A stretch of DNA of 64,000 nt from NCBI RefSeq assembly GCF_009914755.1, contig NC_060935.1, one strand, 5' to 3'. Shown piece by piece: positions 50,376 to 61,560 of the stretch (positions are counted from its first letter, which is position 1; each line of letters begins with the position of its first letter). The notes under the pieces were generated by a model. The model saw only the letters and a list, made by a program, of their open reading frames with translations, searched no databases and was not told the origin of the DNA. The position numbers were made by a program, and so were the translations under genes. This DNA comes from the human T2T-CHM13v2.0 reference genome, Homo sapiens.

Positions 50376-51647
50376 CTCTCCCAGCAACTTCTGAAGTAGG
50401 CACTATTATTATCCTGATTTTACCCCAGGGGTAAACTGAGGCACTGAGTGGCAAAGTCACTTGCCCAAGGTCACACAGAGGAAGGGGAACCACGTTCATT
50501 AGGGTGAACTTGGGTCCTTTACAAAGGAGGATGGGAAACTGAGGCATGGAGATGGCAGGTAACTGCCTGAGGTCACCAGCACCTGAGCTTTGGTATCTGT
50601 CATGCTCCCCCCTCACCAGACCCCTCCCCAAGCTGGGGACCTGCCCAGGACCTCTGAGCTGTCTCCTGTGGTCTAAGAGCCTCATACTTCCTCTTCCCTG
50701 CCTGGATTCTGCCTTCGTTTCCTGAGGCCCCACTGTGTGCTGGGCCTGGGGCTGGTACTGACAGTAGGTGATGTCATTTAACACATGTGTCAGGGAGGAA
50801 TCAGGGAAGGCCTCATAGGGTAGGTGTCATTTGCACTTTGGAGCCAGGTGGGAGGGCATTATTCCTGGAGGGGAACAGCCTTGGCAGAGGCATTGTGAGC
50901 AGTCAGGCCTGTGCGGGCTGAGGGGGAGCAGTCCGGGTGCATGTGGTGGGTGGCATGTGCTTCTGCCTCGGCCGAGTGCTTTTCTGCAGCCCAGATGCTG
51001 GCCTGTGACGTCAGCAGGTGGCCCAGCTGGGCCTCGCTGCCCGCTGGTGCCCTCGGGAGGAGTGGGGCGGGTGGTGGGCGAAGGGGCCCGGGAGGGTGCT
51101 GGCGGCCTGCCGTCACAGAGCAATCTCCATTAGGGCCCCTGAGCGAGTGGCAGCAGCTCCTGGAATCCTATTAAAAGCTTTTTCATTGTTCCCCGAGTTA
51201 TGCTCTGCTCCGCCGGGACCTGGGCATGTTGATAATTTATTTGTGGAAGGGAAAGGGGTGAAGAGCGCAGGAGAGAGGAGGAAATGTCATTATTTACTCA
51301 GCTTGGTTTCTGCAGCGTGGGCCCTGCCGTGGGGCAGCTGGAGAGGGGGCTCTACCACCCCTATCCCAGCCTCTGGGTCACTTATGGGACCCAATTTGGT
51401 AGGTAGGGGGTGAGGGTCTGCCGAGGGAGCAGCGGCGTTCAGCTGGGGTAGCCACCTTGCTGCGTCCTGAGGGTACAGATTGGAGAGACTGCTCCTGGGG
51501 TCTCAAAGGCAGGCGCACATCCCTGCTGCTGGCCAGCCATGTGGTTGCATAAGCCACTGTACCCCTGGATGCCAAAAACCAGAAATAGACCTCACTTTTC
51601 TGGGGGATGAGAAGGAATTCAGAACTAACAATAATAGTAATAACAGG

Positions 51648-51765
51648 TGGGCATGCTGGCTCAAACCTGTAATCCCAGCATCTTGGGAGGCTGAGGCAGG
51701 AGGATGGCTTGAGGCCAGGAGTTTGAGACCAGCCTGGGCAACATAGCGAGACCCCATCTCTTAAA
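51648..51765 (+). mobile_element. FLAM / Alu monomer
   Basis: CCTGTAATCCCAGCATCTTGGGAGG...GACCCCATCTCTTAAAA. Confidence 0.85.
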
Positions 51766-51799
51766 ACAATAACAGCAGTGACACTGGGTAACATGACTG

Positions 51800-51990
51800 A
51801 GCACTCACTGTGGACCTGCAGTGTGCTAAACATGTCACGTACAGTACTGTATCTCATTTAATCCCCATAAGTGGGCAGTGATACTGTTATTATTCCCTTT
51901 TTACACATGAGGAAACTGAGTTACAGGCAGCCAAGGTCACACAGGTCACACAGGTTCTGAGCGGCAGGGGTAGGATGGGAACCCGGCTTC
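51800..51990 (-). mobile_element. MIR SINE (representative; many more MIR fragments occur across 43-57 kb)
   Basis: CTCATTTAATCC...TTTTACACATGAGGAAACTGAG...AAGGTCACAC. Confidence 0.7.
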
Positions 51991-52394
51991 TCTTAGCATG
52001 GGTGCTGCCTCTGGCCTCCTGAGCCTCTGTTCTCCAGAGCAGCCGACTCCCACTGGGTCCCCAGTCCCTCTCATCCAAAGTGAGGAAGCCCCAGAAGAGG
52101 GACAGGGGCCACCTCCTGCAGAACCTTCTAGTAGCAAACTTAGTTGCTACTAGAGCCTGGTGGGGCACAGATGAGGAAACAGAGGCTTACAGAGGTGACA
52201 AAGGCAGGGTGGAGCCAGGCTGGCCCTGGGTTCCCAAAGTGTCCCCTGTGCTGGGGTGCGAGGCTGCCCAAGGGGACAGGAGGGAGCTGGGTCCTACCCT
52301 TGCCCTGGACCCCAGACAGTGCTGGCCTTTGTCTGGGACCCTGCGCTGTGCTCCAGCCCAGGTCAGCTTCATGCACACTCCTGATTGGCCCGTT

Positions 52395-52638
52395 CTTTTT
52401 TTCTTTTTGAGACGGAGTTTTGTTCTCGTCGCTCAGGCTAGAGGACAAGATCATGTACCCTCCCAAGTAGCTGGGGCTACAGGCGTGTGCCTCTATGCCC
52501 AGCTAATTTTGTATTTTTAATAGAAGCAGGGTTTCACCATGTTGGTCAGGCTGGCCTTGAACTCCTGACCTTGAGTAATCCGCCTGCCTCAACGTCCCAA
52601 AGTGCTGGGATTACAGGCGTGAGCCGCTGCGCCTGGCC
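52395..52638 (-). mobile_element. Alu with internal deletion, TSD TGGCCCGTTCTT
   Basis: Repeated 12-mer at both flanks. Confidence 0.88.
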
Positions 52639-53455
52639 TGGCCCGTTCTTTAAGCTGTGGAGGAATTCATGGTGTGATGTGAAGTCTTCCCCATCCCTGC
52701 CTCTCCCCATCCTCTAGCCAGATACTGCCGGACATTTTAAAACACTTGAATTCAGTCAAGTCACGCACTAGCTCTGAGACCATCAGTGGCTCTCTAGTTC
52801 CTGAGAAGTCCAGCGCCCTCAGCCTGGCATTTCAGACCTTCCCAGCATGGCCCTGGCTGATGCACCAGCCTCGCCCCAGTGCCCCCCCCGGCTAGCATGC
52901 TCACACCTCTGAGCCTTCGACGTGCTGTTCCCTGTGTCTGGAAGGCCACCCTCACTCCCCGACATTGGCTGCCTCATGAAAGGCGGTGCAGGTGGCACTG
53001 CCTGCCTCCACCCACCTGTGGTGCCCCCCTCCCCTCCCCTGCCCCAGAGAGGTGCTGCTGAACTGTGGAACCAGTCAGATTCCTCAACTCCTCCCAGCAA
53101 GCCTTCCTGGCCCGAGATAAATGGCTTTCTTTGTACAACAGCCCTGGGAGTGGGTAGCGTGAGCCCATTTTAAGAAGGCGAAACCTGAGGCTCAGGGAGG
53201 TTCAGTCACTGGGCCAAGGTCACCCAGCAATCGGAGGAGATAAAGCCAGGTCCATGCCATGGGGTCCCTGTCCTGTTCCGTTTCACCCCCAGCAGCCGTA
53301 AAGCAGGTGGAGGAGTGACCAGCTTGGCATTCCCTGAGCCCTCCTCACCTGCCTGGCATTCACAGAGGATCACATTTAATCTTTACAGTGGCCCAGATGT
53401 ACTTAGAGGCTCCATTTTACAGATGAGGAAACTGAGGTTAATAGAGGGAAGGAAG

Positions 53456-53862
<407 letters not shown>

Positions 53863-56434
53863 TCAGAGTGGGGATGCTGGCAGGCCCTGCCCGCCTGAGG
53901 CCCAGCCTGGCTCTCAGGCCTGCAGCCTGCCCTGGCCGGCGGGAGGCAGTGGGCCCAGAAGCAGGGCCGGGCAGGGGCCCTGCCCCCACGACAGCTGCCT
54001 CTCTGGCCCACTGGCCTCTCAGACAGACAGGGCTTGTGAGAGCCGGGGGCCTTCGAGGAGAGCTCAGCTCCCGCCGGCAGCTACTCAAAGGCCTCATTGT
54101 GGCAGGAGAGTCTGCCATGGGCAGCTGCCCCCATGGGAGGTGCAGACAGAGCCCAGCCTTTGTGCCAGTGCACTGTCCCTGCCCTGACCCGGGGTCAGCA
54201 GGACAGAGGCCCTTGTCTGTGGAGGCTGGGGGCCTCCCGGGGAGGGTCTGCCCTGGACCCTCCGTTGGCCTGGGACGGGTGTGGCCTGTGTTGCCAGGCT
54301 GTGGTTGCCAGGGACCCAGGAGCCCTTCCAGCTCCCAGATCCAGCCATGGAGGAGGCTAGTCCTTGGCCTGACTCAGGCTTGGAGAGGTGCAGAAGTCAA
54401 GCAGGATGGTTAATAACAGTCATGGCAGCAGGGGCTGCAGCCCCAGCGGAATTCTTACTGTTCCTGCCGCTAAGCACTTTATGCGTCATCACCGATTCCT
54501 TAAAGCAGCCCTACAAAGTGCCTGCAGTTTTTGCTCCATTTTAGAGATGAGAAAACCAAGGCTCTGCAGGGTTAGGAAATTCAACCCAGATCCCATAACT
54601 CTAAGGGCGGAGCTGGATCCCACTCCAGAACCCATTCTGAGCCCCAGGGGCTGCTATCCCCACCAAGCACCCGAGGTGGGCCAGGCACCAGGGCCATCCC
54701 ATGGTGCAAACCCAAAGCCGCCCTTGCCCTGTCCCCACAGAGCTCCCAGCCAGCTCGCCAGACCCTCAAAGCAGTCTGGTGTGAGGGAGAGCCTGTCATC
54801 CCATTTTAGAGCCAAGGAAACTGATGCTCAGAGAGACAGACTGGGGTGCCGGCTGCCTCCTGCCCTGAGTGTGGGTGATAGGCAGATCACATATTTGTCC
54901 TTCAGGGGGTGGGGCCTTTGCCTGCACTTTGTGGGTGAGGTATTACATTCACTGGAGTGGGGAACAGTGGAGGAAAAGTGACAGAGCCCCTGAGAGGTCT
55001 GGGGGACTTCAGGGCTGAGCCACCCCATTCATAGTCCCACTCTTGGAAGGACCCCCAGAGACCACTGTGTTTGTTAACACCCCATTGTGTAGTAGGAAAC
55101 TGAGGCACAGAGAAGCGAAAAAGGGACTGGCCCAGGATCCCCAAAGCCTTGGGGATTGAACAGGGTCCTACCGATGCCCAAAGGCTGTGCTGTTCACAGC
55201 GGTGCCCACGGCCAGTCCTGGGCAGGGAGGTCAGCAGGCCCCCTGAGCACTTCCTGTGCGCTGGGCCCAGTTCTGAGCATTACCCGCATGACTCGCTTCA
55301 TCCTCACAACCTTATGGGGGAGGTATGAGGAAACTGAGGCCCCTTCCCCAGGCCACACCTCCAAGGTCAGCCTCCCCAAGCGGTCTTGGTCTCCGAGCTC
55401 AGCTGGTTCTATTGGCTTCCTGTCCTGCAGGACCTGCTGACTCCCGCACAGACATCCTGATGGTTCAGGGTTGGAGGTGCCTGCTGAAGGGGGTGGACGC
55501 TGGGGGTGCAGACAGACAGCTCAGTGATCTGCGGGGCAGGCTGCACACCCCAGAGCCCAGTGTCTTGCCTTCTCATCCTGAGGGGGATCGGTTTCTCCAT
55601 CTGTGAAATGGGCGCCAGCCTGTGGGGGACCCACAAGTGAAGTCGTCTCTGCAGACTCCCTGCTTGCTAGGGCTGGGGCCTGGCTGAGCTGTGATCCACC
55701 CCACCATCCCCCAGCTCTGTTCTAGAAAGGCTGTGTCCCAGACCAAGACGCTGTGGCCCCGGGGGGGAGGCCAAACCTCTCTCAGAGCCCTCTTGGCCTA
55801 GCGATCGCACAGAGCCAGCCCAGGCCTGGATGCCATATTATAAATAATGCTATTAATATTAATAAGAAATGGCCTGGTAAAGTGATGATGAGGGTGATGG
55901 CCTACTCTTCCCTCGAGATCTCTCCGGAGGCTGGGAAACCAGGCCCTCGGTCCTTATGCCCCACAGGGAAGCCGGGTGCAGGCTCCGTCTTCACCCTGCC
56001 ACTCCCACCTCTCCCTCCACCCATCCCTCCCTCCCTAGACCCCAGCCTGGGGATGCAGGGAGGGCCGATGACCCATCCCCACAAGAGGAGGGACCTGAGA
56101 CCCCGAGAGATGAGTGGCTCCCCAGGACTCACAGCTACCACGAGGCCCAGAGCTTGACTGAGTTTAGTGCTCTTCCCACTGACCCTTCTGAAATGTGCAG
56201 GCCACCTAGGGGCAGCTGGACACGTAGGGGTCCTGGGGCCAGGCCCTTGGCCAGCCCTCAGTGTGACAGTGGTGGGGACCCAGATGCCCGGGCACTGCTT
56301 CCACTCTGCCCCTTCCTGGCTGTGTGGCCATGGATGCTTCAGCCCCCATACCCTCTATTGCTTCTGTTCCCAAGGGTCACCTGGTGAGGACAGCCCTCCC
56401 TCACAGCGCTAAGGACAGGCCTGGCACACAGTGA

Positions 56435-56774
<340 letters not shown>

Positions 56775-59700
56775 TGACCCTCCAAGACTTTCTTGTTGCA
56801 GGCAGCCAGGCCTGTCCCCTGAGCCCCACTCCTGAATCCTCTGGACCAGCCTTGCCCAGGGGGACAGCCTGGTAAATTCCAAGGATTGAGGCTCAAGTAT
56901 TGTGCCCCACCGATCTGGAGGAGAGATTCACTCCATGGATGCTGCCTGTGGGTGCAGCCCCCAAAGCCCCAGGTTTGAGGCCCCCTGACCACTCACCTAG
57001 CCACCTTACTAGGCCTCAGTTTTGTCATCTGTGACATGGGGCCAGGGGTGCCAAGACAGGATGATGTGGGCAGCAGCCTTACCCCACGTAGGTGCCCAAT
57101 CAGGGGAGGGGAGGGGCTGGTCCCTCTTTTGAAGTAGCTCTGGGCAGACACCTGCCTTGACGGCCCTCTGGGTGCTGATGTGGTGGGGTGGGTGCGTGTG
57201 GTCACGAGCTAGAGAGGCAGCAGGGACTCTGGCGGCTTGGCCTGACACTCAGTGGTGACAGTGATGGCGGACCCACCCTCCCCAGGGTGGCACTGATTGA
57301 GTCTCATTGTTGTGGGGCGGGGGCACCCTCTCGGAAGCCTCGCTCCTGGCTCCTGGGCGGCAGAGCTGTCGGCCGGGCAGGCTAACAGCTGTTTGTGCAG
57401 AGACTAAATCTGTCCGGGTCTGACAGACGGCCTTGTGCCACCACCGCCATTCCTGCGTGGAGCGGGCAGTGGGCTGGTGGCAGTGTGTACATCAGCCCTC
57501 TCCGAGCTCACGGCCCGGAGCTTATAGGGGCAGGGGCCGAGGTTGGTGAGCTCCTCCCTGAACAGTGGTTTGGCCAGATAGCCCTGCGGCCCAGTCCCTC
57601 TCAGGACAACTTCTGAGGGTGCCCATTGCCCATGGCTTCATTGCCTGTCCACCCCCAGGGACCTCAAGGCCTAGCTGGGATCCTCTGGATATTGGGGGCC
57701 ATGGCCGTCCCATCGTGGGGTCCTGCCTTTCCTCTCTCGGGGGCTGCAAGAGAGGTAGAGACTGGATACTCCAAGGCCACTGGTGCCCGGACAGTGTTAT
57801 GTGTTTGTGCCATTCCTGCTTGGATGAGAGGGGGTCCAGGCGAGAGCTGGGGGCTTGCTAATGAACTTGGCTGGTATCTAGGGGGGCATTTTGGGAAGGA
57901 GGAAGGCAGAGTCCCTGCATTGGAGCAAATCCCTTGGAGGAAGCCCTGGCCCTCCTCCCTGTAGTGAGAAAGAGTGGCCTTGGGGCCAGAAGATGGCTCC
58001 CAACAAGGCACCCAGAGCCCCGGTGCCAAACCAGGGATGCTCAGTTCTAAATCTAGAAGGGTGGTAGGAAGCCCAAATAAGCATTGTCGGGGTGGGGGAA
58101 AAAAAACAACTTTTTTTGCTGTGAGGCCTTGAAACAATGTGAGAAGTTGTGAGAATTATTTCCCTGTGACCCTGGAAAGAGTTTTTAAAAATTTTTAAAG
58201 AGATGGGAGTCTCACTAGGCTGCCCAGGCTGGACTCAAATTCCTGGCCTCAAGCGATCTTCCATCTTAGTCTCTCTCCCCAGTTGCTGGGACTACAGGGG
58301 CAGGCCTGGGCCAAGCTTGTGGGAAGGTTTAAATGTTGACATGAAGTTAGCCCTTCTGAGGTTGGCAGGATGGTCAGGAGCAGGACAGTATCTGAGCTTC
58401 CACTCCTCACCCGCTGCTCTTGGCAGACATGGCTAATCAATCCCAGCCCTGTCTCCTGCTGAGTCCAGGGAGGGCCCACCTGGGAGGGCAACTGACCTGG
58501 GCATCCCTGATAGTGTTTTGCAAATGAGGAAATGGCGCTTAGAGAAGCCAAGTAGCCTGCCACAACCTCCCAGCTTCTAGGGGTGGAGTTGTGATGTAAA
58601 CCTGATTCTCCTGACTCCAGAACTTTGTGATCATGGAAGCTGGTGGTCCAGGGGCCCTTTGCCCAGGTGGGGTTCTGCCGTGGTGCCAGCAGCTTTAATT
58701 ATGCCCCTGCCAGAGCCCACCACTACTCCACCCAGCTACCCTCCAGATAGGCACAGTATGGCCAGGCTTGGCCTCACGGTCAGGGCCATCTCTCTTTCCC
58801 CACCCCTGGCTGCAACCTGCCTGTGCTTGGGTATAATTACATTCGGTTGCTTACACCCCGGGCTCTCAACTGCAGCCAAACAGTGCGCTGCAGCCTCCGA
58901 ATGTGGGGCTTCTGATTCCCTCCAGCACGCTGGGCCTGCCTGAGGGGTGTGCAGGGACCAAGAAGGTGCAGTCACCAGGCTCATGCGGGCCCCAGACGGA
59001 GAGCTGGGGCTGGGCTTGGGGCCCTGGGGTGGGCGTGCTGGGGAGCAGGGTGGGGTGAGGCTCCCCTCTTTAGCTGCTAGGCTGGTGCCTCAGTACACCT
59101 TGGGCCTCGTTAGGAGGTAGTTTTCCTGGCTTTGAGGTTACCCTTTTAATTAAGCCAATTAATTAGTGCCTTTAATGAAGCAGATTAAGCAGGCTGGGCT
59201 CTGTTAACTGGGGCTGTCACAGCCCATGGTTTCCTGCAGATCTGTACTTAGAGGCCGGCCCTCCCTCCAGGGGCACTGAGGTGCAGGGTTAGGCTGGGCT
59301 GGGGATGTCTGTGGCCCCGATGGGAGTGTGGCCAGGAACCCAGGCCTGGGTTGGGGAGGCAAGGCTGGTCTGAGGCTGTAGGGACAACCCTGGACTCAGA
59401 CACCACAGCACACAAGGGCCAGAGTGGGAGCAGGAAGTGGGAGGGATGTGGGGCCCCTACCCTGGGGATCTACAGGGGGCAGCTGGCTCAGCGGGGTCCT
59501 CAGCAGGTGTGACTGCCTGGGGGAAGGGGCTTAAGGGGCCTGGAGCCCCTACTTTCTCCTTCCCTTGCCTTCCGCTCTCTGGGACTGCTGGGCCTTGGTT
59601 GTTTCTAGCCCAGTGGGGTTGAGCCCTATAGCGGCATCCCGAGCCCCTTGCCTGCCCGCAGATGGGGAGGGGAGTGCTCAAGGTCACATGGGAGTTAGGG

Positions 59701-61515
59701 GCAGGGCTAAGATGCAAGGCCGCATACCCGGTTGCTTCCGTCATCCCCCCCACCACCTCTGCTGGCCCGGAGTCATCCTTGCATGGCACGGAGCTGTTCC
59801 TGCGTTCCAGCACCGTGCTGGGCGCTCTGCACTGTGATCTAGTTGACTCCTTGCTCCCACGTGGTTCAGAAAGCGAGGCCCTGGCCCTGGTGGCAGCAAG
59901 CAGCTGTCACCTCCACCTGCGAATGGGGATGAGGATCCCAGCTCCACAGCCCCTGAGTTCTACCAGGCAGGAGCCTGGAGCCCCACGGCTAGCCAGGGTC
60001 AGGGCAGGGAAGCGGAAAGGAGGCCCCAACCTCCCTGGGGACGTCTTTAGGTCTTCCAGGTTTGAGAGGACAGACCATAGCCTGCTTCAGGAGACAGTTG
60101 GCTCAAGTCATGACAGGAGAGATTTAGGTTAGACAGAGGAAGAACTGCCTGACAACGGGGATTATTAACAAGTTTGCAAAGGAAAGAAGCGGCCACTTCT
60201 CCAGGAGACTGAGTGCTTTCGGCAGCCAGCCTGATAGGCTTTGAGCTCTTCTGCAAACACCGCACTATAAATCCAGGGTGTTTCCAGTAAATATCAACAA
60301 AGTGGGTGCTGGGTTCGCTGTGCAGTACCCTCGGCAGCCCTCACCCCTTGCATCTTCTCTCTGCTCAGAGGTGCCTGATGGGGTGCAGAGTGGCAGCCAG
60401 CCAGCAGGCCCCAGGCTGGTCCATCTACCAGGGCAAGCCACGGTTCCTGGGCCTCCGTTTCCTCATCTTTAAAATGGGTGGAGTACTTGGTGAGGAGAGA
60501 GACAACCTCACCTCCTGCTTTTTGAAGAAGACATTCCCCTCTATCTTGCTCCCAAATCAACAAACTTCCTTGTTTCCTGCCTGAACCCCCACCTGGCCAG
60601 CCCCTTCCTGCCTTGATGGGTCCTCCTGTGTCACTCATCTTGTCTCCTCAAGTGGCCACCCCTTCCTTGGGTGGTACTTTCCAGCCAGCTTTTAAGGGAA
60701 TTCTAGCATCTCCCGTGACAAATACCCCCACTACTCTTTCTGTCTTGGTGACCGCCCTCTTTCTCCCCTGCTCTTCACCGCTGAATTTCTCAGGATGGCT
60801 CAGGATCTCCTACCAGCCCTTTCCTACCGCCACTACCATCCAGACTCTGCCAGTCTTCTCCTTTCTTTCCCATGCTGACAGCCCTTCCTCCAGGAAGCCT
60901 TCCTAGATCCCCCCAGCCTGGTCCAGAAGGTGACCCTCATCACCGCCAACCTGTGTGTCCTGAGAGCAGCCCTGGGCTTTAGTTGTCCCCAGATCCACCA
61001 TGCCCAGCACAGGGCCTGGCATGGAGCCCAGCCTGCAGGAGGTGCTCCTCTGGGCCGGGAGCAGGGTGAGGGGCAGCCAGTAGCTTTGCCTCGAATTTGC
61101 CTTGAGCGGGACACCATGCAGTGGGCGGGAGACAGGAACAAATGCCATCATCACACTCAGAGACACCTCTTTAAATACCAGCTGGAAGCAGCCCGGTTTC
61201 TGGGTGGGTGGAGTTGCCCTTCATTCACAAGAAACGATGGGGGATGGGTGCTTTGCACAGGCCAGGACGGGAGCTAGTGGCAGGGCAGGTAGCTCCTGGG
61301 GCCCAGGGTCTGCTTGTCCCCATCCTAAGTGGCTCCCCTGCCCCATTAGGGGGCTAAAGAGGAGCGGGGGAACCTTTCACTGGTGTCCTTTCCAGCACGG
61401 AGCACAAGGGGACTTTCTCTGTCCCTCCACGAGGCAGCCAGCCCAGCAGAGGCAGGGACATCATCTTTTGCTTCTATTCCCCGGGGCCTGCATGTTAGAC
61501 CAGGAATAAATAGCC

Positions 61516-61560
61516 TGGATGGATGGATGGGTGGACAGATGGATGGATGGATGGATGATG
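61516..61560. repeat. (TGGA)n simple repeat
   Basis: Direct reading. Confidence 0.8.
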
